DNA from: Lobosporangium transversale
Taxonomy: Eukaryota
Length of the DNA: 64,000 nucleotides
Assembly: GCF_002105155.1 (NCBI RefSeq)
Contig: NW_019028995.1
Location: 310,001-374,000, forward strand
Direction: 5' to 3'
A program made the position numbers and the translations under genes. Below the pieces are notes generated by a model. It worked only from the letters and a program-made list of their open reading frames with translations. It was not told the DNA's origin and made no database searches. Positions 26,742 through 40,738 of the stretch are shown piece by piece; the first letter of the stretch is position 1; each line of letters starts with the position of its first letter.

Positions 26742-27571
26742 TCAGAGGCGACGCTTATTTCCACGTTTGTCATCCTCAATTTGGATGTCCTAAAATGAAA
26801 AAAGAAAATATCGCGTAAGTATCAATAACGACATATTAGGAATAAGAACCATCCAAAACAACCAGCATTAATAACCATTATCATATTATAGCTTACAGCA
26901 CAACTAGTGTACCATTCACCAGGATTAAGCATCCACCTCCATTGAAGGAGGTATAGCCCTGGTGAACGCGCCGGCATCTTGAAGCATCCCCCACAGGGCT
27001 TTTTATCCGTGCCGGATCCACGACTACAGTTCTTGTACGGCAATCTGGCAATAGTATTTCGGAGCAACTCTGCCTGCGTCGCGTCTTGGCTGTTGCGAGA
27101 CTTGATCAAGTTGATCTGAACAATTGTATTGTCTTCGTTGCCTTCTGCGTGGTTTTTAGCCGGCCAGCGGACGCAGAGTGTCTCTCCAGATCGTATCGTT
27201 GCCATTTCTCCATATTTGCCGCCATAGGCACTCGAGACTGGGTCTCCCATTGTTTCATCCGAGCCTATATCTTTACCATGTCTGCGATCCGAGCAAGGCA
27301 AAGCGGTATTGGGATTACCAGCTTGTTGATAGTGGCGCGAAGGACTGGCATCGTCCAACGTGCCAAAGTTTAGGTCCTTTGGGTATCTACGGGCATAGCC
27401 ACGACAGTATCCTCCTTTATCCGAAAAGTCGGGATTGGTTCGACTGTGGAACTTCCAGTTGACACAGTCCATCCAAGAGTGTGCCTCGGCTGCTGGGGTC
27501 AAGTTCGATGAAGCGAAGAGGACCAACGCTGAAGCTAGGATAGTGGTATAGGTTGCGGTAGAGACGAGCAT
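26742..27571 (-). CDS. Secreted His1 protein, LPMO-like, paralog 2 (intron 26790-26896)
   Basis: AEA|HSWMDC...WPAKNH...YLLQWRWMLNPGEWYTSCA|DIQIEDDKRGNKRRL*. Removing a GTAAGC...TAG intron restores the CADIQI ending seen in paralog 1. Confidence 0.8.
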
Positions 27572-29266
27572 GATCTAGACAAGTACTTGCGTGCTATAAT
27601 AAGATGAAGCGTAGTAGACGAGCAGGAAATCCAGGCAGTGATCACAAAGAAACGGTAAGGATGAAATATAAAAACTTTCCTTTCCTTTTTATACCTTTTT
27701 CTTGTTGCTGTTGGCATCAAACTAATGTATTAATTTTTGCGAAATGGGAGAGCCAATCACAAATATTATGTGAATCGGTTTTCTCCTCGTTGTTATCCCT
27801 GCTGTCTTAATTGCAATCCAGCAAACAAGGGTGAGCGAAAGTAAGAGTCGGAGGAGGAGGGGGAGGCTCAAGAAAGATGGGTAGGGAAGGTAGAAGGGGC
27901 CAAAAAGAAAAAAAAAAAAAAAAAAAAAAAAAGGAAATCCAAAAGTAGGAGTCTCATCATAAGTGTAGATCGAGTTTGAACATGACTTTTTTTTTATAGA
28001 CAGGCGAAATATCCAAATGTATCCGAGCGAAACTAACGTTCTTTTTAACATATTCGTCTAGTTACAAACGACAATAGGCATAACTTTCCTGGAATGGGCA
28101 AACAATGATTCGTCTTTTCTCGTTTCCTGTGCTTTCCATCCCTATAATCCTAAAACTGAGACCTAAATATAATCCAGCCCATTTCTTCAAAAACGTTTGA
28201 GAAGAAAGGAGAAAATGCAAAAAAAAGGAGACAAGGAGTAAAAGGAGCCAAATGAGGATCTAGAGAAAATAAGTAGCGAACAAGGGCTGTTCCAAAGACA
28301 AAAAACTGAGAGAAAGAGAGGCAGATATAATAGAGTATTACTCATTCATCATAATAGGCCACGGTGTAACAAATGCAACGATGCAACGAGTTTTTTCTTT
28401 TCTCATTCTAGGATCAGGAGGCAGGCTCTATGAGGTCTTCAGATTGGAAGAAAGGAGAATCATGGTGGCATGGCCGACAGTGTTTTCCTGTATAAGGTCT
28501 AAGGAAATAATATACTTGTGGGACCGCGTACTTGCCAGTATTCAGTCTCTTATGGCTTTGGACATGAAAAAGGCGCCGTGCTTCACTGCAATTGATGCTT
28601 TTTGAGAAGCACAACTACCTCTCGCTTCCTTATTTGAAACACGGCAATAGTGCATCTAATACTGCTCAATTAGGTGTACCTAGCATGGCAAGCAATGATC
28701 GTTGTCTTCATCCTTCTGGTTATCTCCCATTGCATTGACAGCGCCTCATTTCCCAACCCGTAGTTGCTACCTTGCTAGCAGCTGTGAATTGTTCTTTATT
28801 GCATGCTATGTATATTATATACTTTTACTTAGCAAGGAGACTGCCCTTAAAATCCTTACCATGGCGAGTATTAAGTGAACAAAATCTAGCGCTGGATCTC
28901 TCATCCTCCGGAACTGGAATAGTATCGCTTCCAACGTTGCACTGCTGCAAGTGAAGCAGCACTTTCCACTTTCGACAATGATTGCATGCATCCGTTTTAT
29001 TAGCCAGCATGATACATGTTCAGCTATTCCTACACATTATGCTGATTTCCAGTATTCATAGTGACTGAATGGAGGCTCTTATTAATACATCCATCTTATT
29101 CATTGCATAATAGATGTTTGTCTGTTTTTATTATTATTGCTGTTCCTCAAAAAGGGCTGGTACCAATAGCGGCCTTGGCCACAACGGCCCTGGTGACAGT
29201 AATGACTGCAACAGTAGCTAAAGTTCGATTGTTCTTATTCTCATCCACTTGCAAGGTAGCTCACAC

Positions 29267-32200
29267 CTAGTCTCCTCTACTTGTAGATTCAATCGAGATC
29301 CGCTCAAGCTCCTCCTCAGTCTCAAACCCAGAGACCATCATCCCATATTTGAGACTGTACTGCATCTCCACCTCTATCTCCATCTGCTGGTGCTGGCTCT
29401 GGAGCTGCTGAATATACCCCGACTGTAATTGTGATTGTCGCTGTTGGATTTGTTGGATATGCTGGAATTGCTGAAACTGTTGAAATTGTCGAAGTAGCTG
29501 GACTTGTTGGATATATCCGGCCTGATGAATTTGTTGTATTCGGGTACCCTCTGCTGCAGCTGCTGCAGCAATCTCGTTGGTATTGACAATAAGTTCATGG
29601 CTCTCTTTCATCACTACATCCTCCTCCACATCTTCTTCGTCATCATCTATCTCTTCGTCATCATCTATCTCTTCGTCGTCATCTATCTCTTCGTCGTCAT
29701 CATCTTCCTCTTCCGATCGCTCCCAACCTATCCTTCTCTGTGGCTTCTCAATGGTAACAAGCTTTTCATATTCCAGTTCAACATAGGCAATCCATGGCGA
29801 CTCTCTATTTATGTGATCCAGCGTTGCGCATGAGAAATGAAAGGCAGATTAGTGCTACTATTATAATTTTCAATATGGGGATCATCTGATGAATGAAGTA
29901 GATCCATTATTCATAACAAACCTAATGGTCGCTAATAACGCCTTCTCCTTGCGTTCTTCCTCGGTCAAAGCGTTGTGCATCATTGCTTGCTGCCTTTTGC
30001 GACGTTTCTGCTTTGTTCGTTTCCTGATATGCGCTGCCTCGATAGCTACTTCAGTTATCTCAACAGCGCCTCCTAGGTCAATATGAGTGTTAGAGATCAT
30101 TGGCTCCATTTCTCCTCTACCAGCAGCTATATGGATATTCATGTTGGCGCTCGTACTTCCATCAAAATGGCTTCCAGACTGACCGGTATAATTAGAATTA
30201 TTTAGGGTCGTGGTAGCATCAGCTACTACTTGAACGGCAAGACTGACGTCGAGACCAAGACCAATGTTACCTCTACTATCAGAACTCATATCCAGCGAGC
30301 TAAAACTCAATCCTTTTTCGGATGCAAGCGTGGCTACTCGTGGTGTCCTGGTAAAGCTTCCAATATTTATACTATCGCTGTTACTATCATCCTCCCCTTC
30401 CTCCTCTTCCTCCTCCTCCTCCTCCCCCTCGCTATATTCATTATCTAGATCGGCGTATATGTCGTCATCACCTTCACCTTCATCACCATCATTATATAGA
30501 TCCTCGCCAAGCGCTGCTCCTTCCCATGCAGAATCCGCGGCCCGCTGCATAGCAATCTGCTGCTGTTTCATCCTGATTTGATGTTGATGTGCCTCAAAAG
30601 ACCTCCATCTTACAACGTTGCAAAATAGGTCGATGAAAGGCCCAGCTTGTCCACACCGCTTAAGGTCTAATAGTCGAACCAGTCCCGCCTCCTTCGGATT
30701 GACTAGATCCTGCATTTGGCAGATGGCATCCTCGAAGCCAAACGGCTCCATGCCTAATATGTCCATCCTGGCGACTTGCTCTTGAAAGAGTTGTTCGAGC
30801 TCAAAAACGGTAAGAATGCCATCTCCGTCAATATCCATACACCGAAACCAATACTCGATGGATGTAACTGTTTGTTTGTCAGTTTCGGCTAGAAGAAACC
30901 AGATGAAGCCTTTGTAGGTCATGCGATAACCTTGGGGTTGGCATTGGCTCCCAGGGCCTGTAAGCATTGTTCGTTGCGGGTTCATCATAGCTGCCTTTGA
31001 CGCTATGGCTGTTGAGGCGTTTTCGAGCGGTGGTCCGCTACTAGACACTGCTTGAGGTTCTTTGGATGAGGCTGTGCCGACAATGGCTAATACTTCTGTT
31101 GTATCCATAAGCTTAATAGAAGATAGATCCATAGATATAGATCGCTTCAAAGCTTTAGGCTCACTATCTTGGAAATCAACAAAATCTACTTCTACATCTA
31201 CATCGAACACTACAGTGGGGACTGCGCTGTCCAAACTCGGAGTAATTACATCCTCTAAATCTCCTTCGGGGGCCTGTTGCTCTTTTTGTAGAGCTTCATG
31301 CTGAGCTATCTGCTGTTGGTCCTGATTCTGCTGCTGTTGCTGCCGCAGTAGTAGACCTTGTTGGTCATTCACCATAAATATTCCCATCTCATTTCCATAC
31401 CCTTGCATGACTCTACGGATTATCTTTGAAGATATAGCACCTCCCGAATACCCCATTAGGTCCTGTTCATCTAAAACCAAATCGTGGTCTTGATCCAGCT
31501 CCCAAAACTTGCAATAGATTACGTAAAAATGCTTATATGAAAAGCAATCTTCCGTTTGGTTCAAATCACTGCTCTCGAGCTTTCGCAACGTTTTGTCAAA
31601 ATTTGAGCGGCGTAAGTCGAAGAGTGACATTTTACCATGTCGACGGTTGGCGTCGTAAAATATACGAGTGATGACCGTTTCCACTAAAATGAGTATGAAG
31701 CAAATGTGAATAACAGCTGTTGGGAGCATTGACAAAAAAGAGGAGGGAGGGGGAAGAGTGTGTCTACATACGATAGCGTTCCTGGAAAACAGTATTCCCA
31801 GAAAGAAACTCAAGCCCAGGATGGTACAAAATTAGATCCTGAAGTACCACCTCAAAATCAGTAGGGGTTAAAAACTTGACATTGGACTGCTTTAAGATCA
31901 TGAAAATCTAGACATTTCATAAGCAGGTAGCAAGGAGTTTGTTAAACGCGTTCCCGTTTTTAAGAGGCCCAGGCAAATGACGCCAAAAATAAAGAAAATA
32001 TACCATCGATGTCTCGTCGGGACATGTTTCCGCGAGCGATTCCCAGACACGCTCAAATTCGCGGAAGTGAACATAACCACTACCTGTTAGGTCGACTCTA
32101 CGGAACAAGGCTCGATTCAGATAGCGCGGTAGTCCACAACACTGCACAGTGATGGTCACAAAAGCCTCTTCTGCCAATGATTCATCCTCAGATGCAATGA

Positions 32201-35200
32201 AAATTTCTTTTGCCTTATTCTACGGGAAGAAAAATGATGTTATCTACAAAATACTGTCTACTTTTACTACCGTCATTCATGCAATGAACTTCTAACACAA
32301 TGCCACACTTTACTCACCACAGCATTGTGAATTCGCTGGCGGCGCTTGGCAGCAGCTAGAGGCTTTCCCATTGGAAAGTAAAATGGAGGAATAACGTAGC
32401 TTAAAGAGCCTTCCGAGACCATTGTAGCTATAATGTTAGTATGAGACTTAATACTCTTTGCCAGCAGCTGGAGTGAAGAGGCTTGAGATAACTGTTGCTG
32501 CTGAGGACTATTATCGAGGCTGTGCAAGCTGGCCGCATTAAACCCAAGCTTCTTGCCGCCAGAGCTATTGACTCGTTTCCTGCGTGATTTAAATGCTCCT
32601 ACGATCCTGCTTTGTATGCTTTCACTACCGTTTTGCTCTTGGCCATGGATATGGCTATGTTCTGGCTGCTCCTGGGATGTGAACTTTTCTCGAAATCTAA
32701 ACCCAGAAGTAGGCCCAGCTTGATCAAGTATTGACGGTATCTCTTCTTCCAGCTCCGTCGTACTCCTTACTATATCGCCATCACTAATTCTATCCACACC
32801 AATACGTATATTGTAGGACACAGAAGCCTCACAAGTCGGTGAATGAGATATTCTAGAGTCAGAGCTAGAGCTCGTCAGTGAGCCCGAATGCACCTCTGGC
32901 GCCGGACCCAACTCAGGCTGCAGTCTTGGCATACCCAATGAAGCGATATTCTGTGAAATGGCTCCCAAGTTCGGTAATAATATCGGCTCTCCAGCCTCCC
33001 CAATGGCCTTTAGGCGTAATGGCGACATCTCAGGTATATCGCCTCCATGGCCAACAGCCGATTCAGCGGAGCTACCTGCTATTACAGACATCATGCCCTC
33101 ACGCTTCCGGTCGAATATTTCATTGCTGGTAATTACCAAATCGTTTCGCATCGGGATGTCGAGAAGGTCAGTTTGATCCAATTTTGCGACCAAGTCATCA
33201 CATTTCTGATCACCTGATAGTGGTGCGGCCCTCGAGCCCTTGGATATCTCTTCGTCCGTGCTAGTTTCCGTAGCTGAACCACCAGCATTGAGTGACGGTG
33301 AGAGAGATTTCATAGTCTCCGACATGCTGTTTCCATCTACCTTAACTTGCAGGTTGCTCTCGCTCTTGCTGCTCAACAGACTGCGTTGTTTAAGTGATTT
33401 CATGGACCGACTAGAGGTAAGGAGCATGACTGACTTTACGTTGTGGTCAGCTTCATCTGTTATCACTCTACTACAGAACGAGCCGCGCATTGATGGCGAA
33501 GAAGATGAAACTGGTGAAGTTGGCTGGTGAATGCTAGTCGTAGCAGTCATGATTGACGGTGTGGCTATGTTACCTATGGCGGATACGGGTGGGGCCGGGG
33601 TTGCCTTGGTAGGCGCTTTCAGTACATCAGCATCTAAAGACCTCAACCATTATGAAACAGTTCAACAGCTTGCTGTTAGTGCTGGGCACCTAGTAATTAA
33701 TTTTAAAGCCCAAATTCTTTTGCCACAGTAACTTACAAGAAAGTTGGCCAAAGTTTAAAATTGGTGCTGATCGACTGCGCCGCAAAACAAGCCCTGAAAC
33801 ACCGTCTATTTTTGCTGTTCCTCGGGTATTAACAATGTTTTCAGCATCACTTTCATCCTCTGTGTGATTGGTACTAGGCACCTCTCTATTAATAAACCTT
33901 CCGCTGGTAAATGCCCCATGCCTTTGCCAGTGTCGCCATTTATTACTATCCGACACTAATAATGAGGCGCTTTGTAGATGTTGACTTGAAGCAGACGATG
34001 ATGGCAAGCTTTGTGGTGTGTCTCTTTGAGGCTCTTCAGACAATTGAGTGGATGCATACTGTAATGTCGAGAAAGCTCGAATAACGTGACCCTGGATTTC
34101 ATCATTAATTGCCCATATTTCGAATTCTATATGTTGGTGGCAAAATAACACATCAGTTCTCAGAAATACATCGTTGACGCCAATCAGAATACTATTTTGA
34201 TTATGGATAGTTACCATTTTCCTCAAGACTGGAAAGCATAGAGCGGTGAGAACTATCTTTTTCACGCGATGGACTCAGGGGAAGGGTTGCGGCAGTATCA
34301 AGCTGACTTCCGACTGAGAGCGGCTGCTGCTCGGATGATCCTGAAGAGGGAGAGAAGCTGAAAGAAGCCGCTGTAAACGATGAAGACGACATACTGGTGG
34401 TTGGTGGTGAAATGAGAATAGGGGAGAGTAAACATGGGCTGCTGCTAGCTTGCTGATGTGTTGTCCTTGCTGGGACTTCAGCTATGGCTCTAAGCGACTC
34501 CATAGTAGGTGACTCTATAAGGACAGCAGGTGGCGCTAGGCGAGGGAAGTCTGTGTTGGAGATACGCGAGCTAAGGGAGAGCTCTACCGAGCTATTAATG
34601 GTGCTCTGATGTAGCCTTTGGTGAGTATGTAAGGTGCCAGGCCGCATGGGCGGTGAAGCAGAGGCTGATGCGCCAGATGGTGACGTCTGCTTGGGTGGGC
34701 TAAAAGAATGTTTGCTGAAGAGAAATGGTGAGAGAGACGGCGAGGTATCCTTGTCAGATTTTGACCGAAAGATTGATTCTGGATATAATGGCGGGTATGG
34801 CGGGGAGGAAGGAGACGGAGGAGAGGTGAATAAAGGCGCTTGAGTATGAAAATGAAAAGGTGTCATCGATGTCATTGTCGTTGTTGTTGCTGTTGTTGTG
34901 GCCATGGTTGTGTTAGTTCGAGATAAACTTTTTTTATAGCCACTCTCTCCGGGATCGTGTACTTGGCATTGGAACCCTGTAATAATAGGATGAGCGCAAG
35001 GTGAACTTATACTTGTACTCCCATCCTGAGACGATGGCTTTAACCTAGGCATGCCATCATGTAGGTTCTTCCGCGCGGATTTAGCTCTTGTACCAGGCGA
35101 TCTATTGGAAGAGTCGGGTGAGATGGATAATAGTGAATAGTAGTCCATGACCAAAAACGATGGGTTACTTGGCGAGCTAATGGGCGATAGGCCACTCATC

Positions 35201-35979
35201 GCCATATGGGTACATGATCGTCCTGAAGTTGGAGGAGAGGGAGCAGGGGATGGAACATCATCACTTAGTCCCAAGGATCCTGTATAAATGGGCATAGGTT
35301 CACTACTCCCGCTTCGGTTGCTGCCAGATTGCTCATAGCGATGAGGCTGTATTGAAGCTGTTGTGGCAGTGACAGGTTTCTCCTGTTGTTGATATAAGGA
35401 ACAATGGCAAGGAGCTTTCATCAATTCAGGTGCTGAAGCACTATATCGCTGATATTGACCAGCACTATTTTCAGTCAGCGAGATCGTACGATTGCTATAA
35501 GAGGCAGAAGCAGGTGATACTGACAAGCCCAGTTTGTGGTGCTGTTCTCCCTCTGCTGACTTGGCTGTCATCTCTTTGAACCGACTTGTCTTAGACGTGC
35601 GCGATGAAAGCAAGGTCTGTCCCGAAGAGGAAGGTCTATGTTTTGTCTGCTCCCCACAAGAGTGCTCCGACTCTGCACGCTGAGCATGCCCCTTCAAATA
35701 ACCAATATATAATCCCCTATTAGAAAGTGTCATCGATGATGATAGTGCTGGTGTTGGTGTCGACATTGACACTGGTGATGATTCCGGCTCTGCTCCTTGG
35801 GTGCCACCTTGCAATAGTAAGCTAGGCCCTGGTCCAGGCTTAACATCCAGGACCGACTCGACTAATGAAGCTCCGCACCGCTGTGGCTGAAGACGATGCT
35901 GGCCGTCAATCTGCTGCTGCATCTGTAGCTCCTGATATTTTGAAAGCTCTTCGGTCGTACCTTCTCTTGACCAGGCCAT
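29267..35979 (-). CDS. Protein phosphatase 2A regulatory subunit B'' (PPP2R3/PR72 family) with very long low-complexity extensions, multi-exon
   Basis: Motifs IPPFYFPMGKP, HPGLEFL, FSYKHFYVIYCKFWELDQDHDL, SIEYWFRCMDIDGDG (EF-hand) and ESPWIAYVELEYEKL. The N-terminal exons join via GT-AG sites, but the 5' structure is less certain. Confidence 0.85.
29634..29703. repeat. 18-bp coding tandem repeat (about 3.8 copies) encoding DDDEEI units in the PP2A B'' tail
   Basis: TCTTCGTC(A/G)TCATCTATC repeated in tandem. Confidence 0.85.
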
Positions 35980-37719
35980 GGGTGGGGAGTGTGGTGAATC
36001 CTCGTCAGCGTCTGACTGGACAGATTTTGTGAAAGATCTTGCAGCAGACCCTGGCTTGAATACATTTGTTATGTCAGCAAGAGCAATGTAATAACATGTT
36101 CAGTGTCCAGAAATTTCAAAGAACAAAGCAAGCGCAGCAGTGTAGACAAAGAAAGGGGAGACAAAAATCAGGGGCCAAAAAAAAAAAAGGAGCACAAGGA
36201 ACACAGAACACAGAACACAGAACACAGGCCACAAAAAAAAAGGGATCAACTTAGTAAGTTAGATGGATGAAATGGGAATGTTTGTGGGAAATGCTGACAG
36301 AAGAAAACCCATTCCTTTCAATGATCATTCATTGTTAATGCTCATGGCAAACAATTTTGCTAAAGAACGGAGAGAGGAGAGAGACAGAGAGAAAGAGAAA
36401 CGTAGTATCTCTCTTCAGAAATGGCTGGCAAAAAAGTAAAGCAAGCACACGAAAATATGGAAGCGCTTACATCCCACTTCAGCGCATTCACATTCAAAGA
36501 CAGTTGGGGATTGGTCTACAAAGAAATAAAAAAGCAGAGCATTGAGTATTAAGACAGCAATGCGAAAAGGATGATCATTTTTTTGTAGAAATGCGATTAT
36601 TCAATGCTTGCAGAGCAAGTAGATGTAGTAGATGGCAAGATAATCTTTACATGTAAGCGTTGTGCTGTCTTTTTTTACTCTTTCACTATCCTTTGTTCCT
36701 TCCTTTGTTCATGTAGACAACTACTTGACATATTCCTGAGGCATGTTTCCAGTAACACATTTTATTTAAGAGTCGCGTGTCGCGTATCGCGTAGATCATA
36801 AAGAAACTCAGTAATGTGGATTGACACAAGATGAGATACGACAAACATTCGCGTATATTTCTTTTCTTTTACCTTAGCAAGGCTGATGGGAATCAATATC
36901 GGTTCCTGGAAGGACTGCCTCAAGGCTAAGCTATTATGTGCAACATCCGTTCTATAGCGCGTTTCTGAATCATCAGATCCCATTACTATCGAACTGTTCT
37001 TACGTCGATGGCTTTATTTTTCCACAGGTTCTCGTGTCTGCTACTCGTAGAAAAATGTTGCCACCAGGTCAATTTACTGATGATGAAACAAATTTTGAAG
37101 AGTTGAGGCTAGATCGTACGCCGTGTTCGAGCTTGGGTTATGGATATGGGCACTGTCTTTCTTAAATAGCCGTGAATAGAAGCAATAAAAAAATAAAAAA
37201 ATAAAAAAAAAAAAAAAAAAAAAAAGCTTGACTAAATATCCGCCTTGAGCAATTATAGGACTTTTGATCGTAATGAAGAGAGAGTATAATGACTTAAACT
37301 TGGTCAAGTTTGCATAAAGTAAAAGGATGGAGTTAAAAAGAAGGAAAGAAAGCACAAAATAAATGAAAGGAGGGATATTTGAAGGCACTGAATGGGATTG
37401 TGGACTATGTTTATGAAGTTATTGACGTTGTAGGTGTTAGTATGTTAGGGTTTGAAACAAGTATGCAGACCCAAGTGTCTTCACCCCTGCTATTGATGTG
37501 GGAATTAGAGGCTGTTACTGAAGGACGAGCAAGTCCATGCAATATGTGGATGTAAAGGAATATGTGGAAGCAGGATTGAAAGGGCGGAGGAGGGGAGGTA
37601 GAAGAGAAAGAGATAAGTACCAGCCAAAGAAGGAACTCTAGACAAAAAAAAAAAAGAGAGAGTGAGAAAAGAAACAGAGGGGTAGATGGTCCAGCCTCAA
37701 AACCAGGGACGCTACGCAG

Positions 37720-37752
<33 letters not shown>

Positions 37753-38251
37753 CGGCAATCATCCTTTCAAGAACAAGGAAAGGGGTGAGTGTTTGTAGGA
37801 GAGCAAGGGTATTCTAGGAGGAGCATTTTTATGTAAAATAAAATATGGCCAACATGAGTTTGTGCGAAAGTGCTCCACAAAAGACTGGAGCTTTCTTTTA
37901 CATTATAAACATGCTGACACATGGTGGCAATCGCAATACACGTTGGATGAGCTAGTCTATAATGCCAAGGGATGCGATGCTAAGGAGAAACATGAGTAAA
38001 ATAAGATGAAGACAATAAGGTGTCAAGAGAGTCAGACAAGAATAGAAAGGACATATAATTAAGTGCTACATAAACCAGCCAAACTGCAGTAGTAGGAGAA
38101 AAAGAGAAAGACATCTTTTGTGGTTAGTTCCATCCGTCAAAAGCAAAAGGATGAGGATTTTATTCTTCAGCTTGTGTACAAGAATAGCATGAGAGAAAGG
38201 TTTGTGCGCAGAGACCAATACAGTTTTTTTTGTCTTTTTTGTTTACTTTAT

Positions 38252-40738
38252 TCAGCTAAAGTATGATGTTGTTGGTGAATATGTATCTTCTTTAGAGAAC
38301 TTGGCAGGGCCCGACGACATGGATCGTAATGACGAAGAACATGGTGCCTGAGACACAATGGCACCTTTGGAAGGCGACACCAACGTTTCCCCACAACCAT
38401 CACGCTCAATCACCAATTGCCAAACAATAGCCTCATAGCAGAACACATATTGACGCAAACACTGAACCATCGAAAGTCGCTGCTCTCGGAACCTGTTTAC
38501 GGTCGCATAAACTGCATCAATTGTCGAGCCCCCCAGCCACTCACTCTGCGTAGGGGCTCGTCCGATGGTATTTAAAGCGTAAGCATTGTTGTGAATACCA
38601 CGGGGATGAGATAAGTCTGATGAAGTTCGCGCAATACCAAGCACTTCGGAGGACTGTTGCTTGAATCCAGAAAGTACAGAGTCAATAGTGCAAAAGGCTC
38701 CAGTCCTTCCACACCCCGCGGAACAATGTATCACCATCGGGCCCGCCAATGCTTGGACATCATTGTTGTAGCTGTTCGCAAGGTAAATCACCCTGAGTAC
38801 ATCCATTGGCGTCTCCGGGACGCCAAAATCTGGCCAGCCAGTGTATTGAATCTGGGTGATTATCCGCGTTGACGACCTTGCCTTCTCTTCCTGAGTATGG
38901 TCGCGATTGCGATGTCTCAAACACATCTGACGTACCAAGATTGTGTCATTGAAGCCATCGAGACGACGCTCGTTAATAAATTTGACCTCCAAGAGGCCAA
39001 GATCCATGATCGGATGCTCTGATGATGGCCAGTACTGATGACACTTAATCCTGCCCATCTCGAATTCGCGTGTGAGCATGACAACAACTTGTGACCCTTG
39101 CTCCCAGACTATCTTCCAAAAGTCTTGAAATGTCGATGGTAATGGTGCTTGAGTTGCAATGTATGATTTGTTTCCGAAGGGAGAGTTTAGGAACGAGGCA
39201 TTAATATAATCATCTTCCTCGTCCTGGCACTCCTTGATCTTAACTCGTGTCTGATCAAAGGGCCAGATATGGTTATACCGGTTCTTCAACCCTTTCTCCA
39301 ATCCGGCAGAAATACTGAGTTTTGTCTCCTTATTAGATGTCATTTCCTGGGGCGCCATCAGCAGAGCAAGCCTCTTCTTCTCACTACCCTCGATTTTCTA
39401 AACAGAGAAATCGCCGTCATGGTGGTTGCACGAGAGAAGATGTGAATACAACCATTCTTTGAGTTCCTTTGAGGTAGATTGATTTAATAAAACTATCATC
39501 TAAACTTTATATAGTCTTCTGTAGTCTTACCTGAAAGCATTTGGCCAATCTAGACTTGCCTTTGTCAGGATGAATGGCCTCATCTAGCCAAGAGGGGAGT
39601 TGGCCTTGAAGACTGTCGGCTGTAAATCCAAGTGGGAGGCGGACAGCAACTTCTTCCGTGATGCTTGTATTGAGGCCCATTGCTAGACGGACACTCTCAA
39701 AAAGGGGGTTGATATTGGGATTCTCCATCATGGGTGTCTGGCACACGGAGGTCTCACCGGTATTTGGCTTGGCCATAATCTCGGGCAGTGAACCAAGATG
39801 TAGGCGACTGCGTACGTTAGTTGAGGATTTTTTTGTCTCGCTGACTGAATTCGGGTTGGATCCCTCCTGTTCTTGACCTTTGTTTGATACATCAAGCATC
39901 CCTTGTTGGTTTGCACCATAGCACAGAGATGCATGGCTATGAGCAAATGCATTATATCCTCCTATACGAATAGAATGATCATAAGGATATGTCAGTCCAG
40001 TTGTAATAAATAAAAGGAACTTGATACCCTTGAATAGAAATCAGTGCTCATAGTAAGAAGTGAAATCATGATATATATTTACTCTATATAGAATACTATC
40101 ACCTCTTGCCTATTACTTGTTGCTTATTGCTTACCATGAATAAAGGCCATTTTGGCTGAACAGCCTTCCTGGCGAAACTTCTGAATAATGCAAAAAATGG
40201 GCGATCCCTTGACGGGTAGTGTCCCCGTAGCATCAAATACCACAATGTTGGAGAACTTTCTCCAATTCGAGAAAGCTTCAACCTCCCTCTCCGTCCTTAA
40301 CTGCTCCATCACCATCTTAAGAGAGTACATGGGACGCTTCAATAACACATTGGGCACACTCACATTGATGGCAGATTTGATAGTGGACGTAGCATAGCAG
40401 GTAAGCGGTCGCATGTCCAGTAGCAGAACAATGTTCCTATCACCATTACGACTATTGATGGACCTTTTAACTAGCTCTGAGACCCTATCGGTGCTCATCT
40501 CTTCGATCTCAAGATCTTCAAGAGTGGGCGGTTTTGTTGACGCTGATGGTGTGGATGGGAGAGATGATGTTGAAGCCAGTGGCAGTCTGAGAGACGAGAG
40601 AGGGGAAGAGTTGAATTGGATATTTTGAGATTGAGTGGATTTGTGCCACGAACCTCTGCGCTCCATAGTTGATCCTTTGGGATATGGCTCCCAAAGCGGA
40701 CCAGACGTGATGTTATTGATTTGTGTCACTGGTGGCAT
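38252..40738 (-). CDS. Protein tyrosine phosphatase with N-terminal rhodanese-like domain (Ptp2/Ptp3/Pyp1-like MAPK phosphatase), 3 exons
   Basis: Rhodanese-like LLLDMRP...IKSAINVSVP..LLKR, followed by KNRYNHIWPF, DYINAS, YIATQAP, WPDFG, HCSAGCGRTG and MVQCLRQY. Confidence 0.92.

Noticed and set aside
28381..29010. Short ORFs that might be a pseudogene remnant
   Set aside because: No recognisable motifs in the frames translated.
33634..33700. Apparent frameshift in the PP2A B'' gene (ELFH/WLRS-like reading)
   Set aside because: Explained by an intron with a CTAAC branch point and a TTTAG acceptor at about 33634, which restores the frame (LSYADVLK).
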